Below, piece after piece: positions 35,875 to 46,058 of a stretch of DNA of 64,000 nt (the stretch's first letter is position 1; each line of letters begins with the position of its first letter). Source of the DNA: Thermodesulfobacteriota bacterium. Lineage in GTDB: Bacteria > Desulfobacterota > Binatia > Bin18. A program made the position numbers and the translations under genes. The stretch covers positions 2,496,001-2,560,000 of the forward strand of contig OZ219926.1 in the NCBI GenBank assembly GCA_964291405.2. The letters are read 5' to 3'. The notes under the pieces were generated by a model that did no database searches, was not told where the DNA came from, and saw only the letters and a list, made by a program, of their open reading frames with translations.

Positions 35875-38562
35875 TCAGAATGAATACGACGCCCTGAAAT
35901 AGTAGAACCCACCATTGTACCCATATGGTGAGGCGACCGGATACTTCTGGCCATAGTCGCGGGCATACCGGTTTTTGGTCGGATAGGTGTCGAGCAGGTT
36001 GTCCACGCCGGCCGCAAACCCGAGACCGTTCTGAAACATATACGACGCTTCTATGTCGAGCAGCGCGCGGGCATGGGCGTAGATGGGCTGGGTATCAATA
36101 TCTTGATGCCGCTCGGTGAAATCGTCGTAGTAATGCAGCCGGGTGAGGAACCGCCACGGTCCCCAGGTGTGGTTCGCCATCAGCGAGAAACGGAATTCCG
36201 GCTCAAGCTCTTCCAACTGATGTTTGCGCAGAGAACCGATGACCTGCGAATTGATCGAATCGAGATTGATTTTGGTGTCGTTCCAGTTACCGGCGAAGGT
36301 CAACATGGTCGTGCCGATGCTGCCGCCGAACAGTTCCAGCGGATAGGTGGCCACCAGATCGATGCCTTGCGTATAGGTCTCAAACGCGTTGGCGAAGAAC
36401 TTGACGGTCCGTACGCCGCTGGCGTCAACGCCCTGGGCCGCTAGGGCGGCGACATCGTCAGCGGTGATGCTCTGCGAATCGGTCAGCCCGATCCGGTTTC
36501 TGATTTCTATGTTGTAATAGTCCAGGGTGACGGACAGGGCATCAATGGAGAGCACCGCGCCAACGGAAAAGGAGAAGGAGGTTTCTGGCGTGAGCGGCTT
36601 GGCCCCCTTGTATTGGGCAATCGGGTCGCTACCCGGCAGGGTCGGCTGTTCGACGAGGTTGCCGTCGGCATCCAGGCCGAAGGTGGTGTCCCGGTAGTTT
36701 GCCTGTCCCACGGTCGGCGCCCGAAAGCCCGTACCAAAGGAGCCGCGTACGGCCAGGTATTCTTCGAGCAGGTCCCAGCGACCGGCCAGCTTGCCGTCCA
36801 GGGACTCGCCGATGCCTTCATGATGCTCGAAGCGGCCCGCGGCGCTGAGCAACACCTGCTCGATGACGTTGGCTTCCAGGTCGATATACGCCCCGAAACT
36901 GCCCCGGTTGGCCTCCATCCCATGCTCGGGCCGGATGCCGGGATACGCGTTGGTGCCGATGTCGAAGCCCTGCTGGGCCAGACCGCGGCGGTTCGGATCC
37001 CGACTCCCACCCCCGCATTCTCCTTCGTCATCAACGCACCAGGCGTTTTGCTCGCCGGTTTCGATCTCGTAGTCTTCCTCCCGGTACTCCAGTCCGAAGG
37101 CGACGTTCAGCGGGGAATAGAACAGCCCGATGTCGAACGGCCGGGAGAGGTCCAGGTTGAATATCTTGTCCTGCTGCTGGTAAGCGCGCGAGAAAAATTC
37201 GGTCGGAATCCCCTCTCGGAGGCGGGCGAGTTGCGGGTTGACGCTATTCCAGACCACATAGGTCGTGCGGTGCTGGCCGAACACGGCGCTCATGTCGTAG
37301 TTCCAGCCGTCGAGCAGCGAAGAGGCGCTCTGCAACGTCCCGCGCAGGCCGAAGGCGATACCCCAGTCTTCCACGCCGCCGCGCAGCCGCGGGATAAACC
37401 CGCCCGGAAAGGTCTGGCCCAACCAGTGGCAATCCGCGCCCAGCCCGCTCACAGCGGCTTGGCCGTTTTCCAGATAATCGCGTCCGGTGATGTTTTTCGG
37501 ACAGCCGCCGCTTCTGCCGTCCGGCGACAGGTCGGCGATCAACAAGGGGTCGTCCAGGGACCAGCCGCCGCCCGGACCGCTCGGGTCCGTAAAGACCCCC
37601 GGACGCGCGTACGGGCTACGCCAGTACCATGAGTCATAAATCTCCCGTTCCGCCCAACTGCCGAAGGCGTAGGCGTGGTGATGGTCGCCGAGGTCGAGGC
37701 CGAAATTGCCGAAGAATTTATAGTCGTACGGTACGTCCGGCGCGCCCCAGACCTGCACCGCAGACCTGCGGACGTGCTCGTTGCCGCTGGCGATTGCCGC
37801 CAGCGCGTCGGTGCGCTGCACGCTGCGGTTGGTCGAGTCAGCGTTGGTGAACTCGAAGCTGAGGTTGGCAAACCCGGCGTCGGTCAGCGGCAAGCCGATG
37901 TTGGCCGCCGTGCTCACCTGGTCGCCGTCACCCTGATAATACTGGCCCCAGCGGGCTTCGACCGTCCCGCCCTCGGGCGCGTCGCGCAGCACAAAATTCA
38001 GCACACCGGCCACCGCGTCGGAGCCGTACTGCGCACCCGCGCCGTCGCGCAGCACTTCCACCCGTTTAAGCGCGATGGACGGGATCGAGCGAATGTCGGC
38101 GCCGTGTGCCCCTTGGGCCTGCCCAAAGGTGAAGATGCTGATCGCGGAGGAGCGATGGCGGCGTTTGCCGTTGACCAGCACCAGGGTCGAGTCCGGCGGC
38201 AGCCCGCGCATCTTGGCCGGGCGGACCAGCGCGTTGGCGTCGCCGATGGCGTGCTGGGTGACATTATAGGACGGGATGGTTGCGGCCAGCAGGTTGTTCA
38301 GGTCGCGGACGCCGTAATTCTTGAAGTTGTCACCGTCAATGATATCTACCGGTACGGGCGAATCCGCTGCGGAACGGCCCAACGCCCGGGAGCCGACCAC
38401 TCGGAGTGTTTCAAGTCCGAGGATGGGTTCTGCTTGCTCTCCTTCCTGCTCGACCTCCGGCGCACCGGCCTGTTCCGCGTCTTGTGCCGTGGCCAGCGGT
38501 GTACTCATCAAGACCACGAAGGACACCACGAGTCCGTATTGCCATCGCCCCAATTTCTTCAT
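35875..38562 (-). CDS. TonB-dependent receptor (tandem paralogue)
   Basis: Same motifs; ends FYYFRASYSF; GGAGGAG RBS before ATG 38562. Confidence 0.93.
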   Translation of the reverse strand: MKKLGRWQYGLVVSFVVLMSTPLATAQDAEQAGAPEVEQEGEQAEPILGLETLRVVGSRALGRSAADSPVPVDIIDGDNFKNYGVRDLNNLLAATIPSYNVTQHAIGDANALVRPAKMRGLPPDSTLVLVNGKRRHRSSAISIFTFGQAQGAHGADIRSIPSIALKRVEVLRDGAGAQYGSDAVAGVLNFVLRDAPEGGTVEARWGQYYQGDGDQVSTAANIGLPLTDAGFANLSFEFTNADSTNRSVQRTDALAAIASGNEHVRRSAVQVWGAPDVPYDYKFFGNFGLDLGDHHHAYAFGSWAEREIYDSWYWRSPYARPGVFTDPSGPGGGWSLDDPLLIADLSPDGRSGGCPKNITGRDYLENGQAAVSGLGADCHWLGQTFPGGFIPRLRGGVEDWGIAFGLRGTLQSASSLLDGWNYDMSAVFGQHRTTYVVWNSVNPQLARLREGIPTEFFSRAYQQQDKIFNLDLSRPFDIGLFYSPLNVAFGLEYREEDYEIETGEQNAWCVDDEGECGGGSRDPNRRGLAQQGFDIGTNAYPGIRPEHGMEANRGSFGAYIDLEANVIEQVLLSAAGRFEHHEGIGESLDGKLAGRWDLLEEYLAVRGSFGTGFRAPTVGQANYRDTTFGLDADGNLVEQPTLPGSDPIAQYKGAKPLTPETSFSFSVGAVLSIDALSVTLDYYNIEIRNRIGLTDSQSITADDVAALAAQGVDASGVRTVKFFANAFETYTQGIDLVATYPLELFGGSIGTTMLTFAGNWNDTKINLDSINSQVIGSLRKHQLEELEPEFRFSLMANHTWGPWRFLTRLHYYDDFTERHQDIDTQPIYAHARALLDIEASYMFQNGLGFAAGVDNLLDTYPTKNRYARDYGQKYPVASPYGYNGGFYYFRASYSF

Positions 38563-38581
38563 ACCGGCTCCTCCTCTCAGG

Positions 38582-38758
38582 TTTGGTCTCACGATTGACA
38601 TAAACCGTACGGTTCACGCCTTCTCGTAAGAACCGACAACCATGCCGCTCAAGATGGTGAACCAAGTCGCGGCGTTTCATTTGCTCGTGATAGACAATGG
38701 CTCACAGATAATCTCACGTCCTCGGATGGTCTCTATCCGCAAGAGTGCGATTTGCCTC
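38582..38758 (-). pseudogene. Degenerate hicB-hicA remnant
   Basis: HicB-like tail EANRTLAD/ETIRGREIICEPLSITSK* overlaps (ATGA) a HicA start MKRRDLVHHLERHGCRFLREG..TVYVNR, which is truncated. Confidence 0.72.
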
Positions 38759-38955
38759 TCCTATGTTGGTATATACATTCAGAATGCATATTTTCAAACA
38801 CGGCTATCAATTCTCCACTTATAAGGTCTCTCAAGGATATCTCGCACTGCGCGGATCTCCCGTCTATGCGTCATTCTGAATAGTTGCTTGCCCGCAGCAA
38901 GCGAAACCGTGTAAGACACAAACATACGAGATAACAGATCAAAAGGAGGAGCACG

Positions 38956-39717
38956 ATGGCAGGCGTATTAGCGGGAAAAATTGCGTTGATTACCGGAGCC
39001 GGTTCAGGGATCGGGCGCGCCTCTGCCCTCGCCTTTGCGCGGGAAGGTGCAACCGTGGTGGTCAGCGATATTATTGCCGACGGAGGCGAGGAGACTGTCC
39101 AACTCGTTAAGGCGGCGGGAGGAGAGGCCCGCTTTCTTCAAGTCGATGTCTCCCAAGCCGCTGAGGTTGAGGGGCTCATCACCCAGATCGTCGAAACGTA
39201 CGGACGCCTTGATTGCGCCTACAACAACGCGGGGATCGAAGGGGAAAACGTGTTGACCGCCGAAACCAGCGAAGAGGGCTGGGACCGTACCATGGCCATT
39301 AACCTCAAGGGCGTCTGGCTGTGCATGAAATATGAGATTCTTCAGATGCTCAAACAGGGCGGCGGTTCCATTGTGAACACCTCCTCGGCTTATGGCTTAG
39401 TGGGCGGCTACCGCCTACCGGCCTATATCGCCAGCAAGCATGGTGTGGTCGGGATTACGCGCTCGGCGGCGTTGGAATACGCGCAGAGCGGTATCCGCGT
39501 GAACTGCGTCTGTCCGGGCGCGATTGAGACGCCCATGGTCAGTCGGCTGACCGAGGGTCAGCCTGAGATGGCCGACAAGATCGCAGAGATGGAGCCGGTC
39601 GGTCGGATGGGTCAGCCGGGAGAAATCGCGGAAGCCGTGGTTTGGCTCAGCTCCGACGCAGCCTCCTTTGTGACCGGCCACACCATGTCGGCGGATGGCG
39701 GCTGGTTGGCCCAATAG
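38956..39717 (+). CDS. SDR oxidoreductase
   Basis: TGAGSGIG, NNAG, YIASKHG. Confidence 0.93.
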   Translation: MAGVLAGKIALITGAGSGIGRASALAFAREGATVVVSDIIADGGEETVQLVKAAGGEARFLQVDVSQAAEVEGLITQIVETYGRLDCAYNNAGIEGENVLTAETSEEGWDRTMAINLKGVWLCMKYEILQMLKQGGGSIVNTSSAYGLVGGYRLPAYIASKHGVVGITRSAALEYAQSGIRVNCVCPGAIETPMVSRLTEGQPEMADKIAEMEPVGRMGQPGEIAEAVVWLSSDAASFVTGHTMSADGGWLAQ

Positions 39718-39734
39718 GCCGCGCTGATCTCATC

Positions 39735-40181
39735 TCACCTCGTGACAGACTGGATTCTGAATGCTTTTCCTGATCGTCCAAGCATCCTCTTCCATCTCTC
39801 CATGTCTGTAACATTTTCGGTCACCAATGCGGCGTGCGCTCGCACCGCACACAGGGCAATTAAAATGTCATTAATATGATCCCGAGGTTCCACTTCTCCA
39901 TACTGCTGCTGATAGCGAGCAAGAAGCACCCCGCTTAAGATCCAGTCATCATGGTTCGGGGTCACCATATATCCTCGTCTTACGAACGCTTGGCTGATGC
40001 CATCGTAGTTCTTCTTATCGGCTCGTGTCCGCGCCCCCGCATAGAGTTCCTGCATGACTACCGAGCTCAAGCGTGCCCTGCCGCTGCGAAGCGCCCGTTG
40101 GAAGAGCGCTTCATCCGCTTCTCCCCGAATAATGGGAATTAACACGGAAGAGTCGAAGAGGAGAGCACGGCTCTGCGCCAC
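39735..40181 (-). CDS. VapC-type PIN-domain toxin
   Basis: LFDSSVLI, SSVVMQEL, NDILIA, LVTENVTD. Confidence 0.85.
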   Translation of the reverse strand: MAQSRALLFDSSVLIPIIRGEADEALFQRALRSGRARLSSVVMQELYAGARTRADKKNYDGISQAFVRRGYMVTPNHDDWILSGVLLARYQQQYGEVEPRDHINDILIALCAVRAHAALVTENVTDMERWKRMLGRSGKAFRIQSVTR

Positions 40182-40186
40182 GATCC

Positions 40187-40402
40187 CTACCCCTTCTTCG
40201 TACGCTTATAGGCATCCCGGAGGGTGCCCCGGTGACGGAGTTGTTGAATATGTTTCATGACCTCCTCTGCAAAAAGGCGGTCAGCAATAGCAATCCGGAT
40301 CGCCTCGGATTCGCTCTTTGCCTGTAATTGCTCGACAAGGCGCTGCACCTGATCCTCTTCCAGCATGACATTCTTACGGGTCAGCGGAACCGCTCGATTC
40401 AT
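40187..40402 (-). CDS. Cognate VapB-like antitoxin
   Basis: Small RHH-like protein (RKNVML...SESEAIR) directly upstream of the PIN gene; AGGAGG RBS. Confidence 0.75.
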   Translation of the reverse strand: MNRAVPLTRKNVMLEEDQVQRLVEQLQAKSESEAIRIAIADRLFAEEVMKHIQQLRHRGTLRDAYKRTKKG

Positions 40403-40508
40403 AGGCTCTACCTCCTACGTATAATTTTCTAATATATTACACACTCTGGAGATGAGCAAGCGGAGGTGTCAAGTGAGCGGGGTGTAACCTGACCCCCTCT
40501 ATCCTTTA

Positions 40509-41006
40509 TCAGATGGCATCCTCAACAGAGAAGTGAAACTGAATACGCCTACCGTCTCGGCCTTCCATCTCTCGCCCTTTTGGTGGTTCGCTCGTAACGG
40601 CTTCAAGGCACGATTCCCAGAATTGAACGGCGGCAGAGTTCTGAGCATAGACTTGCAACTCCCACTGCCCAGGAAACTGTTTCAAGATCGCACGGACTGC
40701 ACTCCGCCCAATGCCGAGGCGTCGACTCTCAGGCTTGATGTAGAACTCCGCGAGTTGATAGACGGCGGACTCTGTAGAGGCCGGATCTCGGATGAGGGCA
40801 AACCCTACGGAATGGCCTCCGTACTGAATGATGAATGCGTACCGACCGGACTCGGACCAATAGGCGTCGAGGTACGAGTAGGGGGCCGAGGTGATCGTAC
40901 CGCTGGGAACATCTCGATAGCTACCGAGTTCGAGCAAGTATTCGTCAAGGAGCGACTTTATCAGGTCTGCATCCGAACTGCCCGCTACCACGAGTTCAGT
41001 CTGCAT
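40509..41006 (-). CDS. GNAT acetyltransferase
   Basis: GFALI, EFYIKPESRRLGIG, N..A..FW. Confidence 0.88.
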   Translation of the reverse strand: MQTELVVAGSSDADLIKSLLDEYLLELGSYRDVPSGTITSAPYSYLDAYWSESGRYAFIIQYGGHSVGFALIRDPASTESAVYQLAEFYIKPESRRLGIGRSAVRAILKQFPGQWELQVYAQNSAAVQFWESCLEAVTSEPPKGREMEGRDGRRIQFHFSVEDAI

Positions 41007-41050
41007 ATAAGACAGAACTCCTACTTCCTTTGAATGGTTTTATGTCCCCC

Positions 41051-41464
41051 TCACCCAAACCGCACCACGGTCTCCGGGCTATGGGCTACGACCGAGACAA
41101 TCTGCCAGCGGTCGTCCGTCTTGCGCAGGGTGTAGGTTGCTCCTAATCGTTCCAGCTCTTCCCCGGCTTTGGTGTAGCGCACGGCAAGACCACTGAGGAG
41201 CGCGATCCGATCCGTCATCTCTTTGATCTGAATGTTCGTGACTTCGCTGCGCCCATAATTCCGGCCTTTGAGGTCCTGGATAATCTGCGCGAAGAGCTTT
41301 TCAATCTCCGCCTCGCTTGAAAGCAGGGTTACGCCTTGGTCTGCAATAAACAGACAAGGCGCGCGGTAGAACGGCACCATCGCCTTGGCCTCTCCCGAGT
41401 GAAACGTATCCAGATAGCTTGCGTAGAATTGTTGAATGTCCTCTTGTTGGTTTGTCATTGTCAT
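41051..41464 (-). CDS. NTF2-like protein (DUF6841-like)
   Basis: FY..Y...F, Y..P, RY...G, TYTLRKTDDRWQI. Confidence 0.7.
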   Translation of the reverse strand: MTMTNQQEDIQQFYASYLDTFHSGEAKAMVPFYRAPCLFIADQGVTLLSSEAEIEKLFAQIIQDLKGRNYGRSEVTNIQIKEMTDRIALLSGLAVRYTKAGEELERLGATYTLRKTDDRWQIVSVVAHSPETVVRFG

Positions 41465-41534
41465 AAGACTCCTTTCTGCGTGTAGTGTTGCACCCTTTAC
41501 CACCCGAACCGAGCCGGATACAAGCCAGAGCAGG

Positions 41535-42410
41535 ATGAAGCCGCCGCCGTTTGCCTACCACGCGCCGACGCAGCTTGACGAAGCGCTCGCTCTCCTGGAG
41601 CGCTATGGAGACGACGCAAAAGTATTGGCCGGCGGGCAGAGTCTGATGCCGCTACTGAATTTTCGGCTGAGCTATCCGTCCGCCCTGATCGATATCAACC
41701 GCGTGGCAGATTTATCGTATCTGCGGCAAGAGAACGGACAGGTCTGCATTGGCGCGTTGACCCGTCAGAGAACGATTGAGTTTTCGGAGCTGGTGCGCCG
41801 CCAGCTTCCGTTGCTGTATGAGGCAACCACGCTGGTCGGCCATCTGCCCATCCGCACCCGCGGCACCATCGGCGGTAGCCTGGCCCATGCCGACCCCGCG
41901 GCGGAGTATCCCACTGTTGCGCTGGTTTTAGACGCTGAACTGATCCTTCAGGGACCGAGCGGACAGCGAAGCATCTCTGCCGAAGAATTTTTCGTAAGCT
42001 ATCTGACAACCGCTCTCGCGTCGAACGAGGTCGTCACCGAAATCCGCTTTTCACCCACTCCGCCAACAAGCGGTTGGGCGTTCGAAGAAGTTGCCCGGCG
42101 GCACGGAGATTTCGCCCTCGTTGGCGTTGCTGGCGTGATTGATGCGGAGGGCGAGCAGTGTCGGACCGCGCGTCTGGCTGCCGCTGGAGTCGGGCCAACT
42201 CCAATTCGTCTGCGTGCCGCAGAGGATATCCTGGTGCAGGAGGGCGTGACTGAACAGGGCATTCAGCGGGCGGCAGCCAAGGCAGCCGAACTCGTTGAAC
42301 CCGATAGCGATATTCACGCCTCCACAGATTTTAGGCGTCATCTAACCGAGGTGCTGACCCGTCGGGCGATTCAGCGGGCACTCGAGCGCGGCCAGGAGCG
42401 CAGGGCATGA
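41535..42410 (+). CDS. Mo-hydroxylase FAD subunit (CoxM/CutM-like)
   Basis: MKPPPFAY, AGGQSL, IRTRGTIGGSLAHADP, RRHGDFA. Confidence 0.92.
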   Translation: MKPPPFAYHAPTQLDEALALLERYGDDAKVLAGGQSLMPLLNFRLSYPSALIDINRVADLSYLRQENGQVCIGALTRQRTIEFSELVRRQLPLLYEATTLVGHLPIRTRGTIGGSLAHADPAAEYPTVALVLDAELILQGPSGQRSISAEEFFVSYLTTALASNEVVTEIRFSPTPPTSGWAFEEVARRHGDFALVGVAGVIDAEGEQCRTARLAAAGVGPTPIRLRAAEDILVQEGVTEQGIQRAAAKAAELVEPDSDIHASTDFRRHLTEVLTRRAIQRALERGQERRA

Positions 42411-42949
42411 GCGAGCCGAACGAACACAGTCAGGCGAGACCGATCACACTCCGCGTAAACGGCACGGAGCACCGGGGGCAGGTGGAGCCGCGCAAACTGC
42501 TGGTCGATTTTCTGCGTGAAGACTTGGGCCTGACCGGCTCTCATGTCGGCTGTGAACACGGCATCTGCGGGGCGTGTACGATCCTCATCAATGGCGAAGC
42601 CGCCCGCTCGTGTCTAATGCTGGCCGTTCAGGCCGATGGCGCGGAACTGATGACCGTTGAGGGCTTGGCCCCTCAAGCGGGCGAGCCGCCCGCGCTCCCA
42701 GGAAAGACTGGCCAACTCCATCCCCTGCAAGCAGCCTTTTGGGAACACCACGGTCTTCAGTGCGGTTTCTGTACGCCGGGGATGCTCATGACTGCGTATG
42801 ATTTGCTCCAGACAAACGCGACGCCGAGCGAGGCAGAAATCCGCGCGGGCTTATCCGCGGTGCTGTGTCGCTGTACGGGCTATCAGGGGATTGTTGAGGC
42901 TGTTCAGGCCGCGGCAGAGACGCTTAAGTCACGCGGAGAGGGGCAATGA
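42407..42949 (+). CDS. Mo-hydroxylase 2Fe-2S subunit (CoxS-like)
   Basis: GCEHGICGACT, SCL, QCGFCTPG, CRCTGY. Confidence 0.94.
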   Translation: MSEPNEHSQARPITLRVNGTEHRGQVEPRKLLVDFLREDLGLTGSHVGCEHGICGACTILINGEAARSCLMLAVQADGAELMTVEGLAPQAGEPPALPGKTGQLHPLQAAFWEHHGLQCGFCTPGMLMTAYDLLQTNATPSEAEIRAGLSAVLCRCTGYQGIVEAVQAAAETLKSRGEGQ

Positions 42950-42968
42950 GGATGGAGCGGGACAGGAA

Positions 42969-43008
42969 ACCCACCCCGGCGCTACGCGCCACCCCTCCGA
43001 GGAGGGGA
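42969..43008. repeat. REP-like element between the coxS- and coxL-like genes
   Basis: ACCCACCCC-GGCGCTACGCGCC-ACCCCTCCGAGGAGGGGA double hairpin. Confidence 0.65.
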
Positions 43009-43030
43009 TGTGTTGGGCTGAGGGAGTAGC

Positions 43031-45397
43031 GTGGAAGAGTTGACGCCCAAATTCGTTGGTGCACGGGTGAAGCGACGGGAAGATCAACGTCTGCTGACCG
43101 GCCAGGGCGCGTATGTGGATGATCATCACCCGCCGGGTCTGCTCCATGCCGCCTTTCTGCGCAGTCCGTATGCGCACGCACGGATCACCCAACTCGATAT
43201 CTCAGCCGCCCAGACGCGTGAGGGCGTTGTCGCCGTCCTCACCAGCAAAGACCTTGTTCCGCTGGTCAAACCGGTTCGCGCCGCCTCAAAAATGCGGGAG
43301 TACAAGGAGACCAGCTTCCCACCCTTGGCCGTTGACAAGGTGCGGTATGTCGGCGAAGCGCTCGCCGTGGTCATTGCGGAAAATCGCTATCTCGCCGAAG
43401 ACGCCATTGAGTGGATTCGCGTTGAATACGACCCGCTGCCGACCGTGGCCAACGCACCGGACGCAGCCCAGCCGGATGCACCCCTGCTGCATGACGAAGC
43501 CGGGAGTAATGTCCTCTTGTCGCGCGAGTTTGCCCGAGGCGATGTAGATGCGGCACTCGCCGGTGCAGCAGTGCGGGTACGTGATCGGTTCCGGTTTCAG
43601 CGACACGCCACCGTGTGTATGGAAAATCGTGGCTGTCTGACTGACTACCATGCCGGTACGGAGGAGCTTACGCTGCGTTCCGCCACCCAATGTCCGGGCC
43701 TACTCCGGGATGCCTTGGCCGATCTGCTGGATATGCCCGAGCATTGTATTCGCGTGGTCGCCGCCGACGTGGGGGGCGGGTTCGGGGCCAAGTCTTCACT
43801 CTATCCCGAAGAGATTGTTCTGTGTGTGGTCGCCCGACTGCTGAAACGGCCGGTGAAATGGATCAGCGACCGACAGGAAGACCTCAAGACATCGACGCAG
43901 GCCTGGGATGAAATCGTGGATGCTGAACTGGGCCTTCAGGCTGACGGCACCATTATCGGTCTCAGAGCAGACGTGACAACGGATATTGGCGCGTACTCCA
44001 TTTATCCCTGGACGGCCACGGTTGAGCCGATCCAAACCATCAGCTTTCTGTCCGGCCCATACCGGATGCCGCACTATCGGGGACGCAATCGCGGGGTGGC
44101 CACGTGTAAGGCGCCGATGGGACCGTACCGTGGGGTGGGCCGTCCGATTACGACCTTTGTGCTGGAAAGTTTGATGGACCGGGCCGCGCGCCGGCTGGCC
44201 CTGGACCCGGCCGAACTGCGGCTCAAGAACTATATCCGGGCCGACGAATTTCCGTACAAAACGCCGTCCGGCCTTGTGTGGGATCAAGCCAGCCTGACCG
44301 AGTGCATGCAAAAGGCGCGGGACGTACTGGATTCTGACGCGACCGCACAGTGGCGCGTGCAGGCACGCGCCGCGGGGCGATGGGTCGGCGTTGGCTTTGC
44401 CACCTATATCGAACTGACCGGGGTAGGGTCGGCTATTCCCGTCTCACCGGGCATGCCGATTGCGACCGGAACCGAGGCCGCCTTCCTGCGCGTCGATCCG
44501 GCCGGGACCGTCATCGCCACCTTCAGCGTCGCCCCTCAGGGGCAGGGCCATGAGACCGCGCTGGCCCAGGTGGTGGCGGACGCGCTGGGCGTTTCCTTTG
44601 ACAGTGTTCGGGTGATCTGCGGCGACACCGCACTCGCGCCCCAAGGAACGGGAACCTATGCCAGCCGGAGCGCCGTGTTAGCCGGTGGCGCGGCCATACG
44701 GGCGGGTCAGGCGCTCAAGGAAAAGGCGCTGAAGATTGCCGGCCACATGATGGAGAGCAATCCGGCCGATCTGGATATTCGAGACAACCAGGTTTTCCTG
44801 CGTGACAAGCCGGAGCGCCGTCTGCCTTTTCGTGATGTCGCGAAGACGGCCTATGCCGGTCTGCGACGGCTGCCCAAAGACATGGAACCGGGGCTGGAGG
44901 TCACCCGCTTCTACGATCCGTTCTTTGGGACGGCTTCAAGCGCCACTCACGCTGCGGTCGTGGAGGTCGATACCGAGACGTACGCGGTCACAATCAAGCG
45001 CTATATTGTGGTTGAAGATTGCGGGCGTATCATTAACCCGCTGATCGTTGATGGCCAGGTCCGCGGCGGTGTGGCCCAGGGCATTGGGGCCGCTCTGTAT
45101 GAAGAAGTGGTGTACGACGACGAAGGTCAACTGCTGACCGGCTCGCTGATGGACTACCTCGTCCCAACCGCCTCCGAACTCCTGCCCATAGAAGTCCATC
45201 ACATTGAAACGCCCTCCCCGACTACGCTGGGCGGATTTCGCGGCATGGGAGAAGGCGGCACCATCGGTGCGCCGGCCGCGATTGCCAACGCGGTCTCCGA
45301 CGCCCTGGCTCACCTGGGCATAGAGATCAACGAGATTCCGATGACTCCGGAGAAATTGTTTCGGTTGGTGCGGGCGGCGGGGGCTGATGGGCGTTAG
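43031..45397 (+). CDS. Xanthine dehydrogenase-family molybdopterin subunit (CoxL-like)
   Basis: [54 protein letters not shown]. Confidence 0.93.
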   Translation: MEELTPKFVGARVKRREDQRLLTGQGAYVDDHHPPGLLHAAFLRSPYAHARITQLDISAAQTREGVVAVLTSKDLVPLVKPVRAASKMREYKETSFPPLAVDKVRYVGEALAVVIAENRYLAEDAIEWIRVEYDPLPTVANAPDAAQPDAPLLHDEAGSNVLLSREFARGDVDAALAGAAVRVRDRFRFQRHATVCMENRGCLTDYHAGTEELTLRSATQCPGLLRDALADLLDMPEHCIRVVAADVGGGFGAKSSLYPEEIVLCVVARLLKRPVKWISDRQEDLKTSTQAWDEIVDAELGLQADGTIIGLRADVTTDIGAYSIYPWTATVEPIQTISFLSGPYRMPHYRGRNRGVATCKAPMGPYRGVGRPITTFVLESLMDRAARRLALDPAELRLKNYIRADEFPYKTPSGLVWDQASLTECMQKARDVLDSDATAQWRVQARAAGRWVGVGFATYIELTGVGSAIPVSPGMPIATGTEAAFLRVDPAGTVIATFSVAPQGQGHETALAQVVADALGVSFDSVRVICGDTALAPQGTGTYASRSAVLAGGAAIRAGQALKEKALKIAGHMMESNPADLDIRDNQVFLRDKPERRLPFRDVAKTAYAGLRRLPKDMEPGLEVTRFYDPFFGTASSATHAAVVEVDTETYAVTIKRYIVVEDCGRIINPLIVDGQVRGGVAQGIGAALYEEVVYDDEGQLLTGSLMDYLVPTASELLPIEVHHIETPSPTTLGGFRGMGEGGTIGAPAAIANAVSDALAHLGIEINEIPMTPEKLFRLVRAAGADGR

Positions 45398-45741
45398 TCT
45401 TCTTCCAAAGACCGCAGAAGCAGGTTGATACGCTCCGCCAACTCAGGGGCCTCATGAATGGCAACATCCCACACGATACCATAGTCTGTCCCGGTATAGT
45501 CATGAATGAGCCGGTCACGCATTCCCGCTATGCTTCTCCATGGAATATCTTGATCAAGGTCTCTAATATCTTGAGGGATCCGTTTAGCTGCTTCCCCAAT
45601 GATCTCCAGGCTTCGGACAAAGGCGCGTTTTGATTGTTCGTTATCGAGGAAGTCAGCAAAAGAGAGCTGATTCACATGCTCAATCAGAAACGCAGTTTCT
45701 TCGAGGATGTCGCGTAAGAGTTCAGTGACCAAGCGAGGCAT
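45394..45741 (-). CDS. HEPN (DUF86/HepT-like) ribonuclease toxin
   Basis: [24 protein letters not shown] (Rx4H motif). Confidence 0.9.
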   Translation of the reverse strand: MPRLVTELLRDILEETAFLIEHVNQLSFADFLDNEQSKRAFVRSLEIIGEAAKRIPQDIRDLDQDIPWRSIAGMRDRLIHDYTGTDYGIVWDVAIHEAPELAERINLLLRSLEED

Positions 45742-46008
45742 AGCGAACTGTCGGTAGAATAATCTTCGCCTTTCGCTCCGAGAGCGCCTGATCTGTTACC
45801 AGGTCGATCTGTCGCTGTAGCGCCGTTTCTAGTATTTCGTATATGGCGTTGAAGTTTCTAAAAGTTCGCTGCGCCTCGTTCAACTCGACGTACACATCCA
45901 CATCGCTCTTCACGTCGGCCTCATCCCAAAGATCCCTATTTTTTTCACTCCATGAGCCCTGAGCGCTTCAGAATGGCTTTCAAGCAGTTCGATAATATCG
46001 TTGCCCAT
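45722..46008 (-). pseudogene. MntA-like minimal nucleotidyltransferase antitoxin, frameshifted by an internal deletion
   Basis: MGNDIIELL...HGVKKIGIFG then DEADVKSDVDV in another frame; the Ser of GS and the following residues are missing. Confidence 0.82.
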
Positions 46009-46058
46009 TGCCTTTCTTTCTAGCACAGCTCAACTCCCAGGAGGAATACAATACCGCA

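Noticed and set aside
31935-38598. Long plus-strand ORFs (31935-33239, 34979-35806, 36613-37632, 37675-38598)
   Set aside because: Antisense shadows of GC-rich real genes with no recognisable motifs; the same applies to 21913-22809, 14770-15543 and 57840-58616.
39735-41464. Integron cassette array (GNAT, NTF2, TA genes)
   Set aside because: No convincing RYYYAAC...GTTRRRY attC pairs and no integrase seen.
41535-45397. True aerobic CO dehydrogenase
   Set aside because: The active-site loop is PYRGVGR, not form I AYxCSFR, and there are no coxDEFG accessory genes; substrate unknown.
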